Assembly: GCA_963711005.1 (NCBI GenBank)
Contig: CAVQCJ010000002.1
Location: forward strand, 1,243,729-1,307,728
Origin: an uncultured Actinomycetota bacterium
Lineage (GTDB): Bacteria > Actinomycetota > Actinomycetes > Prado026
DNA: 64,000 bases
Direction: 5' to 3'
Part shown: positions 22,986 through 31,983 of the stretch, in pieces
Layout of the letters: every line of letters starts with the position of its first letter
How positions within the stretch are numbered: the stretch's first letter is position 1
Notes under the pieces: generated by a model
Databases searched by the model: none
The model's input: only the letters and a program-made list of their open reading frames with translations
What the model was told of the DNA's origin: nothing
Made by a program: the position numbers and the translations under genes

Positions 22986-24067
22986 ATGGTGTCCGAACGA
23001 CGGGCAGCACCGACGCCGGGCTCCGGTCATCCGTCCCGCCCCGGGAAGCTGCGGGCTCTCGGGCTCGGGGCACTGGCCGAACAGGTGTACGCGGCCTTGC
23101 TGGCGACCCGGACCGGGACCGCCGCCGACCTCGCCAGGATGCTGCGGACCGGGCCCGGTCCGGTCGACCGCGCGCTGGTCGAGCTCTCGACGGCGGGGCT
23201 GGTGCGGGTGGTGCCCTCCGACGTCCCCGGATACGCACCCGGCACCGGGGTCGCGCCCGCCGGCCCCGGGCCGGTGCGCTACGCCGCCTGCCCGCCGGTG
23301 CGGGCCCTGGGCGACGAGCTGCGCGACCGCATCGCGGAGCTGGTGGCGACCGGAGCGGCGATCGAGGAGCTCGGCGGCCGCTACGCGACGAGGGCCGCGC
23401 CAGCGACCGCGACGGCCTCGCCGAGGTGACGGGTGGCTGCGTCGCTGTGGCCCGCACGATGCACGGGCTGCTGGCGTCCGCCCGCACCGACCTGCTCGTT
23501 CTCGACCGGCAGCCGTACGTGCGGTCGATCGCCCGGCACGCGCTGCCGGCCGCGATGGCGGCTGCCCTGCGGCGCGGGGTCGAGGTCCGGACGATCTACG
23601 CGGCGGACGCCTTCGCGGTGGCCGGCTATGCCGGGTACATGGCCGAGATGGCGGCGCTCGGCGAGCAGGCTCGACGGCTGGAGCGGCTGCCGCTGCGGTT
23701 CGTCGTCGTCGACGGCACCGCCGCGATGGTGCCGCTGGACCGGGACGGTCCCTGGGTCACCGCTGCGCTGGTCGTCCGTGGTCCCGCGCTCGTCCAGGAC
23801 CTGGTGCAGACCTTCGAGGAGCTGTGGGAGCGCGCCGGACCGGGGACGCCGGACCACGCGGACGGCGACGTGACCGACGACGAGGTCGGCCTGCTGCGCA
23901 TGCTGGCGGACGACATGACCGAGGCGGCGATCGCCCGGCACCTCGGCTCGTCCACCCGCACCGTGGGGCGGCGGCTCGCCCGGCTGCAGACCAAGCTCGG
24001 CGCCCACACCCGCTTCGCGCTGGGCGTCGAGGCGGCCAGGCGCGGGCTGGCAGCGGCTGCTGGCTAG
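22986..24067 (+). pseudogene. LuxR-family regulator (N-terminal wHTH, C-terminal LuxR HTH), one frameshift near 23400
   Basis: The N-terminal part in ORF 22236..23429 (LGLGALAEQVYAALLATRTGTAADLARMLRTGPGPVDRALVELSTAGLV) continues in ORF 22838..24067, ending DDEVGLLRMLADDMTEAAIARHLGSSTRTVGRRLARLQTKLG. Confidence 0.65.
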
Positions 24068-24097
24068 GGTCGTCGGTGGCAGCGGTTCGGAGGTCGG

Positions 24098-25012
24098 ATG
24101 AAGATCGTCGTCGGCGTCCAGCCGGACGAGCAGGGTGACGAGGCGCTGGCGCGGGCCGAGGCGCTGGCCCGGTCGATGCGCGCCCACCTCGTGCTCGCGC
24201 ACGTCTACCCGACACCGTGGCGGGCGCCCGAGCCCGGGGCGGTGGACAGCGAGTGGCGGGCGTACCTGGTCGAGCAGTCGCGTTCGGCGCTGCTGCGGGC
24301 CGAGCGCCGGCTCAGCGGCGCGGTGGGACACGAGCTGGTCGTGCACCCGCACACCTCGACCGGACGCGGGCTCGCCGAGGTGGCCGAGGAGCACGGCGGC
24401 TCGCTCATCGTGATCGGGGCCGGACCGGGCGGCGAACCGGACGGCTGCACGGAGGCTCGACCGCCGACCAGCTGCTGCACGGCGCGTCGGTGCCGGTGCT
24501 GCTGGTCCCGGCGCCCGCGGGCGACGGTGCCGGAGCCGCGCCCGCTCACCCCGAGCCGGGTCACGGTCGCGTACCAGCGCAGCCTGGACTCGGCGGAGGC
24601 GCTGCACGCCGCCGCCCAGCTGTGCCGCCGGACCGGTGCACCGCTGCGCCTGGTGACGCTGGTGCTGCACCCGCCGCGGACGCTGCGCAGCTACGAGCGT
24701 TCGCTGGACGACCTGCGGGCCGATGCCCGGCACTGGCTCGACGAGGCGCTGATCGAGGCGCCGTTCTCGACCCGGCTGACGGCGGAGATCGCCGAGGGCG
24801 ACGACTTCGAGGAGGCGATGGCCGCCGTCGACTGCGAGCCCGACGAGCTGCTGGTCTGCGGGTCGGGGACCGCGGGCCCGCTGCGCCGGGTCTTCCTCGG
24901 CGACACCGCGCAGAAGATCCTGCGCGCGGCGACGGTGCCGGTCCTCGTCGTCCCCCGGCACGCCGAGACCGAGCTCGACCGCACCCGCGCCATCCCCAAG
25001 GTCCGCGACTGA
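24098..25012 (+). CDS. tandem universal stress protein (USP) domain protein; the ORF is open but an internal ~35-aa stretch is out of frame (compensating indels)
   Basis: The ORF has USP-like ends (KIVVGV..., VPVLVVPRH). The expected motif GGSTADQLLHGASVPVLLVP is encoded in a different frame (ORF 24217..25836) between about 24440 and 24545. Confidence 0.6.
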   Translation: MKIVVGVQPDEQGDEALARAEALARSMRAHLVLAHVYPTPWRAPEPGAVDSEWRAYLVEQSRSALLRAERRLSGAVGHELVVHPHTSTGRGLAEVAEEHGGSLIVIGAGPGGEPDGCTEARPPTSCCTARRCRCCWSRRPRATVPEPRPLTPSRVTVAYQRSLDSAEALHAAAQLCRRTGAPLRLVTLVLHPPRTLRSYERSLDDLRADARHWLDEALIEAPFSTRLTAEIAEGDDFEEAMAAVDCEPDELLVCGSGTAGPLRRVFLGDTAQKILRAATVPVLVVPRHAETELDRTRAIPKVRD

Positions 25013-25041
25013 CCCCCTGCCGTACTTCGCCGAGCTGCGGG

Positions 25042-25937
25042 TCAGGAGGCGGCGCTGACCGCCTGCAGGCGGGCGACGGAGTCGTCGTCGACGGTGTCGA
25101 AGAAGCCGCCGACCACGTCCTCGACCTGCTCGAACGAGTCGGCGCAGAACAGCAGCGGCTGGTAGTGCGTGATGTCGTACGTCTGCACGCCCATCCGCGC
25201 GATGTCGAGCGGACGCAGGTCGGCGCGGGCGATCTCCTGGATCTCGCCGTACGACGAGAGCAGCCCGGCGCCGTACGTGCGCACCGTGCCGTCCTCGCGC
25301 AGCACCCCGAACTCCAGCGAGAACCAGAACACCTTCGAGACGAACTCCAGCGCGTCCGGCTGCTCGACCCGGCGGGCGGCGTCCCCGGCCGAGCGGTACA
25401 GCGCGGCGAACCGGTCGCTGGCCAGGCAGTTGGCGTGCCCGACGACCTCGTGCACGACGTCGGGCTCCGGGGTGTACAGCGGCACCGAGTGGTGCCGGAT
25501 GTACTGGGTCGAGTAGAAGCGGCTGTCCGCGAGCGAGCCGTAGAACTCGCGCAGCGGGACCAGCCCGGCGGCCGGCACGTACCGGAACCCGGTCAGCGGC
25601 TCCAGCGACGCGGTGACCTCGTCGAGCTGCGGGATGCGGTCGGCCGGCAGCCGCAGCCGCTCGGCCCCGACGAGGTACTCGTGGCAGGCCAGCGTCCGGT
25701 GCAGCACGGCGAGCTCGCGGCTGACCTCGCGCCAGACCTCGTGCTCCTCGTCGGTGTACTCGGCGTGCGGGACCGGCGTCCCCGGCGCTCCAGGCCAGCG
25801 CGAGCGCCGGCGATCGCGTTGCGCCTGGCCCGGTAGACCGGGTCGTTGACGCCGGGGTGGTCGGCGGACAGCTGGACCTCGACGTTGCCGTCGGCGCCCT
25901 GGGTGACCGGGGCGTAGAGCTGGGCTTCCTCGAACAT
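25042..25937 (-). pseudogene. phhA: phenylalanine 4-monooxygenase, two frameshifts at about 25775-25805
   Basis: ORF 25042..25707 carries PEPDVVHEVVGH (iron His pair), FWFSLEFG and GAGLLSSYGE. The N-terminus MFEEAQLYAPV...DPVYRARRNAIA is in ORF 25593..25937. Confidence 0.8.
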
Positions 25938-25951
25938 GGCGCGGCCTCCGA

Positions 25952-26857
25952 CTATGTGACAGTCAGCATCTCACGCGCGTCCTCAGGTGTCACATGGCTC
26001 GCCGCGGTCCGGCGCCGCCTCCGACGCTCGAGCGCGTCGGTGACCGGCAGCGCCACGGCCATCAGGAGGCCCGCGGCGATGCCGTCCATCCAGAAGTGGT
26101 TGGCGGTCGCGACGACCACGAAGATCGTCGCCACCGGGTGCAGGAGGATCAGCCACCGCCAGCGGCTGGTGGACACGGTGATCACGAAGAACGCGATGAG
26201 CAGCGCCCACGCGACGTGCACCGACGGCAGCGCCGAGAGCTGGTCCGCCACGCCGCTGCCGAACGCCCCGTACACGGACTGGCCGTACTGCAGCGCGAGG
26301 TCCACGAAGCCGAGGTCGGTGAGCATCCGCGGCGGCGCCACCGGGATCATCTGCACCAGCAGGCACGAGCCGGTCAGCAGCACGATCGTGTTGCGCGCCC
26401 AGCGGTACTGCGCGCGGTGCCGCACGAACATCCAGACCAGGAACGCCACGATGCTGTTGATGTGGACGTACAGGTAGAAGATGTTGAGGAAACGGATCAG
26501 CGCGTCGTGCCCCAGCACGACCTGCTGGACGGTGAGCTCGCTCGGCAGCCCCATCCGCAGCTCGGCGCCCACGATCCAGTGCGCGCGCTGGAACGCCCCG
26601 TCCACCCGGGTCAGCGCCCACCCGCCGGCGACCTGCCAGAACGTGAACAGGCCCAGCACGACCGACGTCTCCAGCAGCGCGGTTCCGACCACGCGCGGCC
26701 AGCGCGGCCGGACCCTGGGCCGAGCCCCGCTCGCGGCCGCCACCTCGCGGTCCTGCGCGGCCTGCACGGCCAGTCCCGCTCGCAGCCCCAGGCCGGACAC
26801 CGCGGCCAGCGCCGCGAGCTGCCCGGCCTGCTGCCAGTGCAGGGTGACCAGATCCAC
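25952..26857 (-). CDS. PAP2-superfamily membrane protein (PAP2_C / inositol-phosphorylceramide-synthase-like)
   Basis: C-terminal 301 aa of ORF 25952..28099. Multiple TM helices, with ...SALPSVHVAWALL... and ...ATANHFWMDGIAG... (PAP2 C2/C3-like His/Asp motifs). GTG at complement 26855-26857 with GGGAG 9 nt upstream. Confidence 0.65.
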   Translation of the reverse strand: MDLVTLHWQQAGQLAALAAVSGLGLRAGLAVQAAQDREVAAASGARPRVRPRWPRVVGTALLETSVVLGLFTFWQVAGGWALTRVDGAFQRAHWIVGAELRMGLPSELTVQQVVLGHDALIRFLNIFYLYVHINSIVAFLVWMFVRHRAQYRWARNTIVLLTGSCLLVQMIPVAPPRMLTDLGFVDLALQYGQSVYGAFGSGVADQLSALPSVHVAWALLIAFFVITVSTSRWRWLILLHPVATIFVVVATANHFWMDGIAAGLLMAVALPVTDALERRRRRRTAASHVTPEDAREMLTVT

Positions 26858-26874
26858 CCGGGCAGTCTCCCTCG

Positions 26875-28143
26875 TCAGCCCTGCGCGTGCACGGGGTCCG
26901 CCACGTCTGGGGCGCCGGCCGCGGCCCGGGCCGCCACGAACGCGTCCACGGCGTGGTCCACGTCCTCGTCGGTGTGCGCCGCCGACAGCTGGACCCGGAT
27001 CCGGGCCCGACCCTGCGGGACGACCGGGAAGGAGAACGCGACGGCGTACACGCCGCGGGCGAACAGCTCCTCCGCCATCCGGCCGGCCACGACCGCGTCG
27101 CCGAACATCACCGGGACGATCGGGTGCTCGCCCGGCAGCAGGTCGAACCCGGCCGCGGCCATGCCCGCGCGGAATCGGGCCGCCGCCGCGTGCACCCGCT
27201 CGCGCAGGTCCGCCGAGCCCTGCAGCAGGTCCAGCACGGTCAGCGACGCCGCCACGATCGGCGGTGCGACCGAGTTCGAGAACAGGTACGGGCGGGCCCG
27301 CTGCTTGAGCACGTCGACGATCTCCTGGCGCGCCGCGACGTAGCCGCCGGATGCTCCGCCGAGCGCCTTGCCCAGCGTGCCGGTGACGATGTCGACGCGG
27401 TCGGCGACGCCGAACAGCTCCGGCGTGCCGCGCCCGCCGGGTCCGACGAACCCGACAGCGTGCGAGTCGTCGACCATGACCAGCGCGTCGTGCCGGTCGG
27501 CGAGCGCGCAGATCTCGTCGAGCGGCGCGAGGTAGCCGTCCATCGAGAACACGCCGTCGGTGACCACGAGCCGGTAGCGCGCGTCGGCGGCCTCGACCAG
27601 CCGCTGCTCCAGCTCGGCCATGTCGCGGTTGGCGTAGCGCAGCCGCCGGGCCTTGCACAGCCGTACGCCGTCGATGATCGAGGCGTGGTTCAGCGCGTCG
27701 GAGATGACCGCGTCCTGCTCGTCGAGCAGGGCCTCGAACACCCCGCCGTTCGCGTCGAAGCAGGACCCGAACAGCACGGCGTCCTCGGTGCCGAGGAACT
27801 CGGCGAGCCGCTGCTCCAGCGTCCGGTGGATGGTCTGCGTCCCGCAGATGAAGCGCACGGACGCCATGCCGTACCCCCACTGCCGGACCGCCTGCTCGGC
27901 CGCCGCAACCACGCGCGGGTCGTCCGCGAGCCCGAGGTAGTTGTTGGCGCACAGGTTGAGCACGTCGCGGCCGGCCGTGTCGACCACATGGGTGCCCTGC
28001 GGCGACGCCATCACCCGCTCGGGCTTGAACACGCCGGTCTCGCGCATCTGCTCGAGCCGCGCCGCGAGCTCGGTGCGCAGACCGTCCAACGCGGCCCATC
28101 GCTCAGCCCTCCCAGTCGAGGATGACCTTGCCGCACTTGCCAC
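26875..28143 (-). CDS. kbl: glycine C-acetyltransferase (2-amino-3-ketobutyrate CoA ligase)
   Basis: 422-aa ORF: [32 protein letters not shown], and the PLP-lysine motif [10 protein letters not shown]. The start is uncertain (GTG 28143 overlaps tdh by 41 nt; TTG at 28089 is an alternative). Confidence 0.85.
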   Translation of the reverse strand: MASAARSSSTGRAERWAALDGLRTELAARLEQMRETGVFKPERVMASPQGTHVVDTAGRDVLNLCANNYLGLADDPRVVAAAEQAVRQWGYGMASVRFICGTQTIHRTLEQRLAEFLGTEDAVLFGSCFDANGGVFEALLDEQDAVISDALNHASIIDGVRLCKARRLRYANRDMAELEQRLVEAADARYRLVVTDGVFSMDGYLAPLDEICALADRHDALVMVDDSHAVGFVGPGGRGTPELFGVADRVDIVTGTLGKALGGASGGYVAARQEIVDVLKQRARPYLFSNSVAPPIVAASLTVLDLLQGSADLRERVHAAAARFRAGMAAAGFDLLPGEHPIVPVMFGDAVVAGRMAEELFARGVYAVAFSFPVVPQGRARIRVQLSAAHTDEDVDHAVDAFVAARAAAGAPDVADPVHAQG

Positions 28144-29134
28144 TCGCGGCCACGTCGAACGCCTCCTCGAAGTCGGTGAACGGGAAGCGGTGCGTGATCA
28201 CCGGGGAGATGTCCAGGCCGGCGCCGACGAGCACCGACATCGCGTACCACGTCTCGAACATCTCGCGGCCGAAGATGCCCTTGACCGTGAGCATCGAGTG
28301 GATGACCCGGTCCCAGTCGAACTGGATCTCGCCCGAGGGCAGTCCCAGCAACGCCAGCTCGCCGCCGTGCGCCATCGAGTTGATCATCGAGTGCAGCGCC
28401 GCCGGCGCCCCCGACATCTCCAGCCCGACGTCGAAGCCCTCGACCATGCCGAGCTCGGCCATCACCTCGTCCAGGCTGGTGGTGCTGACGTCGACGGCGC
28501 GCGTGACGGCCCCCATCGACTCGGCCAGGGCGAGCCGCTCGGCCGAGATGTCGGTGATCACCACGTGCCGGGCACCGGCGTGCCGGACCACCGACGCCGC
28601 CATGATCCCGATCGGGCCGGCGCCGGTGATCAGGACGTCCTCGCCGAGCACCCGGAAGCTGAGCGCCGAGTGCACCGCGTTGCCGAAGGGGTCGAAGATC
28701 GCGGCGACGTCCGGGTCGATCGGCCGCGGGTGCCGCCACACGTTGGTCGCCGGCACGACGACGTACTCGGCGAACCCGCCGTCCCGGTCGACGCCGACGC
28801 TGACGGTGTTCGGGCACAGCTGGCGGGCGCCGCCCAGGCAGGAGCGGCACCGCCCGCAGACGATGTGCCCCTCGACGCTCACCAGGTCGCCGACGTCTAC
28901 CGTGTCCACGCCGCGGCCGAGCGCCTCCACCCGGCCGGCGATCTCGTGCCCGAGCACGACCGGCGGCTTGACCGCGCCCTGCGACCACGCGTCCCAGGAG
29001 CGGATGTGCAGGTCGGTGCCGCAGATGCCCGTCCGCAGCACCCGGATCAGCACCTCCCCCGCCCGCGCGGCCGGCTCGGGGACGTCCTGCAGCCACAGCC
29101 CTGGCGCAGCCTCGGCCTTGACCAGTGCCTTCAT
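28103..29134 (-). CDS. tdh: L-threonine 3-dehydrogenase
   Basis: C-terminal 343 aa of ORF 28103..30631: [21 protein letters not shown]..., [27 protein letters not shown] lies 6 nt upstream of the ATG at complement 29132-29134. Adjacent to kbl, the canonical pair. Confidence 0.9.
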   Translation of the reverse strand: MKALVKAEAAPGLWLQDVPEPAARAGEVLIRVLRTGICGTDLHIRSWDAWSQGAVKPPVVLGHEIAGRVEALGRGVDTVDVGDLVSVEGHIVCGRCRSCLGGARQLCPNTVSVGVDRDGGFAEYVVVPATNVWRHPRPIDPDVAAIFDPFGNAVHSALSFRVLGEDVLITGAGPIGIMAASVVRHAGARHVVITDISAERLALAESMGAVTRAVDVSTTSLDEVMAELGMVEGFDVGLEMSGAPAALHSMINSMAHGGELALLGLPSGEIQFDWDRVIHSMLTVKGIFGREMFETWYAMSVLVGAGLDISPVITHRFPFTDFEEAFDVAASGKCGKVILDWEG

Positions 29135-29310
29135 GTCGGACTCCTCGCGATGGACGCCGTGCGGACAGGGAGGCCACCGGACCATGGCTCCCGCCGGCCC
29201 GGCAACCCGCCACCGGGGCAGGCTCGGACGCTCCGACTGTACGCAGCGGCGCACCCCCTCCTGCGACTGATGCGCGCGTCCGTCGGTCAGGGGTGGGGAA
29301 GTGGGTGGGA

Positions 29311-29355
29311 ACGACAGCGCCCCCGGCCGGAGTACCCGGTCGGGGGCGCTGTCGT
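29311..29355 (-). terminator. very strong hairpin immediately downstream of the 11-codon ORF
   Basis: 15-bp perfect arms acgacagcgcccccg / cgggggcgctgtcgt, plus an inner ccgg/ccgg pairing. It is preceded by a second small hairpin at 29356-29372 (7-bp stem). Confidence 0.55.
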
Positions 29356-29381
29356 CGGACCCTCGGGGTCCGTGCTCGTCC

Positions 29382-29417
29382 CTAGTCGTCCCAGGGACCG
29401 TAGTCCTTCTCGTACAT
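29382..29417 (-). CDS. candidate small ORF, 11 codons ([11 protein letters not shown])
   Basis: Perfect AAGGAG (complement of 29425-29430) 7 nt upstream of the ATG, a TAG stop, then two hairpins. The region is AT-richer than its surroundings. No homology can be assessed by eye. Confidence 0.35.
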   Translation of the reverse strand: MYEKDYGPWDD

Positions 29418-29655
29418 GACGAGTCTCCTTCCGTCCCGGGCCGGCTGCGACGCTTGGAAGCAGCGGAGCCGACTTCGGGTTTGTTGCTGCCCAGAACCCA
29501 CACGAGGGGGGCATCGGGACCGGGCGCCGTGCGTTTGCCGCACAGGGCCTCGGGCAACCCTTCGGCGGGTTGCTGCCCCCAGTCTACCTGCCGGCAGCCT
29601 GGTTCCTCGCACCCAGGGCATCGACGGGGTCGGCCGGCGCCTGAAGCCGAACGGG

Positions 29656-30759
29656 TCAACCGTCCAGCAGCGCGGCCGCGACCACCGCCCGGTGCCGGGC
29701 CGGGACCCCCGCGTAGGTGCGGTTCGCCAGGGCGCGCTTGTAGAAACGGTGCGCGACGTGCTCCCAGGTCATCCCCATCCCGCCGAGCACCTGGATCAGC
29801 CCCTCGCAGGCCAGCACCCCGGCCTCCCCGGCGGACGCCTTGGCCGCCGAGCAGGCCGAGTCGACCACGGCCGGGTCGACTGCGGTCGGCTCGGTCTCCG
29901 CGGTCGCGACGTACCAGGCCGCCCGGTACGCGAGAGAGCGGGCCAGCTCGGTCGCGACGTACACGTCCGCGACGCGGTGCGAGACCGCCTGGTAGGTCCC
30001 GATGACCCGGCCGAACTGCTCGCGGGTCGACGCGTGCGCCACCGCGAGGTCCAGCGCCCGCTGCGCGATCCCGACCGACTCCGACGCCAGCCCGGACAGG
30101 GCGCGGCGGCGGATCGCGACCAGCACCCCGTCGGCCGGCGCCGTCACCGAAGCCGCCGGCACCGCCGCCCCGTGCAGGCTGAGCTGCCCGATCCGGCGGG
30201 TCGTGTCGGTGGTCTCGGGCAGTGCGGTGACGGCGCCATGGGTCGCGGCGGGCTCGAGGACGGCGACCAGCGGTCCGCCGGTGCCGTCGCGCGCGACGAC
30301 TCCGACGAGCTCGGCGGATCCCAGGTCGGCGACGTCGACCTTGGCTCCGGTCAGCGACCAGGAGTCGGCGGTACGGGTGGCCGTGCAACGCACGGCTGCC
30401 GGGTCGCCGAAGGCCTCGGCCCCGGACGGCTCGGCCCACGCCATCGCGGCGGGCCGCAACGGGTCCGCCCGCACGGCGACCACAGCCGGCAACGCCACCG
30501 CCGTGGACAGCAGCGGGACCGGCGCGAGCGCGTAGCCGGCCTCCTCGAGCAGCACGGTCTCGTCCAGGAACGTTCCGCCGCCGTCCGGCGCGGACAGCCC
30601 GACCCAGCCGAGCCCGACCAGCTCGGCCCACAGCTCGCCGTCATGGCCGACCGGGCCGTCGGCGACGGCCGCCAGCCGCTCGTCGGTGACCCGTTCGGCG
30701 AACAGCCGCCTGGCCGCGGCCCGCAGCTGCTGCTGGTCGTCGGAGAACGCGAAGTCCAC
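29656..30759 (-). CDS. acyl-CoA dehydrogenase family protein (second subunit of an adjacent pair)
   Basis: 367-aa ORF with ACAD N/M/C layout ([12 protein letters not shown]..., [25 protein letters not shown]). Confidence 0.75.
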   Translation of the reverse strand: MDFAFSDDQQQLRAAARRLFAERVTDERLAAVADGPVGHDGELWAELVGLGWVGLSAPDGGGTFLDETVLLEEAGYALAPVPLLSTAVALPAVVAVRADPLRPAAMAWAEPSGAEAFGDPAAVRCTATRTADSWSLTGAKVDVADLGSAELVGVVARDGTGGPLVAVLEPAATHGAVTALPETTDTTRRIGQLSLHGAAVPAASVTAPADGVLVAIRRRALSGLASESVGIAQRALDLAVAHASTREQFGRVIGTYQAVSHRVADVYVATELARSLAYRAAWYVATAETEPTAVDPAVVDSACSAAKASAGEAGVLACEGLIQVLGGMGMTWEHVAHRFYKRALANRTYAGVPARHRAVVAAALLDG

Positions 30760-30794
30760 GTCCGGCTCCTTCGGTGCGTGTCGACCTGTGCTGG

Positions 30795-31958
30795 TCAGCG
30801 GGACCGGGGCAGGCCGACGACGCGCTCGGCGATGATGTTGCGCAGGATCTCCGACGTACCGGCCTCGATGGTGTTGCCGCGCGAGCGGAGCTGCTGGTAC
30901 CCCCAGAACCCGTCGTCGAGCCGGCCCCGGAACCCTTCCAGGTCCTGGGCCAACGACGTCAGCCGCTGGTTCGCCTCGGACCAGTGCAGCTTCGCGATGG
31001 AGCCCTCGGGACCCGGCACCCCGGTCTTCACCAGCGCGGTCAGGGCACGGTAGTTGGTGAAGCGCAACGCCTCCAGGTCGATGGCGAGCGCGCCGATCCG
31101 GTCGCGCACCAGCGGGTCGTCGGCCGGGCGCGTCCGGTCCGCGCGGGCGGCGCGCGCGGTGCGGACGAGCCGGTGCAGCAGCTGTTCGAACCGCGCGGTC
31201 AGCGCGAACCCCAGCGTGCCCCGCTCATGCAGCAGCGTCGTCATCGCGACGCTCCACCCCTCACCGGGAGCGCCGAGCATGGACGTGTGCGGCACCCGGA
31301 CGTCGGTGAAGTAGATCTCGTTGAACTCCGGGTCGCCGGTGATCTGCCGCAGCGGCCGCACGTCGACGCCGGGGGCGTGCATGTCGACGAGCAGGTACGA
31401 CAGCCCGCGGTGTCGTTCGGCGTCGGGGTCGGTCCGGACGACGAGGATGCACCAGTCGGCCACGTGGGCGTACGACGACCACACCTTCTGCCCGTTGACG
31501 ACCCACTCGTCGCCGTCCAGCACCGCCCGGGTCCGCGCGCCCGCCAGGTCGGAGCCCGCCCCGGGCTCGGAGAAACCCTGGCACCAGATCTCCTCGCCCG
31601 ACAGCAGCGGCCGCAGGTACCGCTCCTTCTGCTCGTCGCTGCCCCAGGCCATGATCGTCGGCCCGGCCATGCCGATCCCGATGACACCGACGTGGCCGGG
31701 GGCGTCGTGCCGGGCCGCCTCCTCGAGGTAGATCCCTAGGTACGTCGGCGGCAGCGCGAGACCGCCGTACTCCTTCGGCCAGGTGATGCCCGCGTAGCCG
31801 GCAGCGAAGATCTTCTGCGTCCACGCGCGCAGGAAGTCGAGGTCCTCCAGCCCGACGGTCGGCTCTCGCTCGGCCCACCCCGGCGGCAGGTTGGCCGCGA
31901 ACCAGGCCCGCAGCTCGGCCCGGAACGCCGCCTCGTCCGCGGTGTCGCGGAAGTCCAA
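30795..31958 (-). CDS. acyl-CoA dehydrogenase family protein
   Basis: 387-aa ORF: GYAGITWPKEYGG, WCQGFSEPGAGSDLA, VNGQKVWSS, GGTSEI-like GTSEILRNIIAE. Confidence 0.8.
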   Translation of the reverse strand: MDFRDTADEAAFRAELRAWFAANLPPGWAEREPTVGLEDLDFLRAWTQKIFAAGYAGITWPKEYGGLALPPTYLGIYLEEAARHDAPGHVGVIGIGMAGPTIMAWGSDEQKERYLRPLLSGEEIWCQGFSEPGAGSDLAGARTRAVLDGDEWVVNGQKVWSSYAHVADWCILVVRTDPDAERHRGLSYLLVDMHAPGVDVRPLRQITGDPEFNEIYFTDVRVPHTSMLGAPGEGWSVAMTTLLHERGTLGFALTARFEQLLHRLVRTARAARADRTRPADDPLVRDRIGALAIDLEALRFTNYRALTALVKTGVPGPEGSIAKLHWSEANQRLTSLAQDLEGFRGRLDDGFWGYQQLRSRGNTIEAGTSEILRNIIAERVVGLPRSR

Positions 31959-31983
31959 CGCTGCCTCCTACGCCGCGGCCGGG

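Noticed and set aside
4470-25805. Genuine reductive pseudogenisation (leprae-style decay), or programmed frameshifting, as an explanation for the frameshift block.
   Set aside because: Decay should also give in-frame stops, deletions and eroded motifs, which I did not see. Programmed frameshifting does not occur many times per gene across 20 unrelated genes. A technical origin is more parsimonious but unproven, so it is reported as a finding with a test.
29431-29655. A glycine riboswitch (attractive for a tdh-kbl operon that makes glycine) or 6C sRNA in the leader region.
   Set aside because: Only a ccgccgaaggg stretch resembles the glycine aptamer core. The flanking GGAGAG and GCAA/CAGGCAAAAGGAC-type elements are absent. 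A single six-C run is not enough to call 6C RNA. Left as an unassigned structured leader.
28103-30631. 842-aa ORF spanning tdh, the intergenic gap and part of the acyl-CoA dehydrogenase.
   Set aside because: Only the C-terminal 343 aa (from MKALVKAE, with an RBS) are threonine dehydrogenase. The upstream part is Arg/Gly-rich read-through across the structured intergenic region and out of frame with the ACAD.
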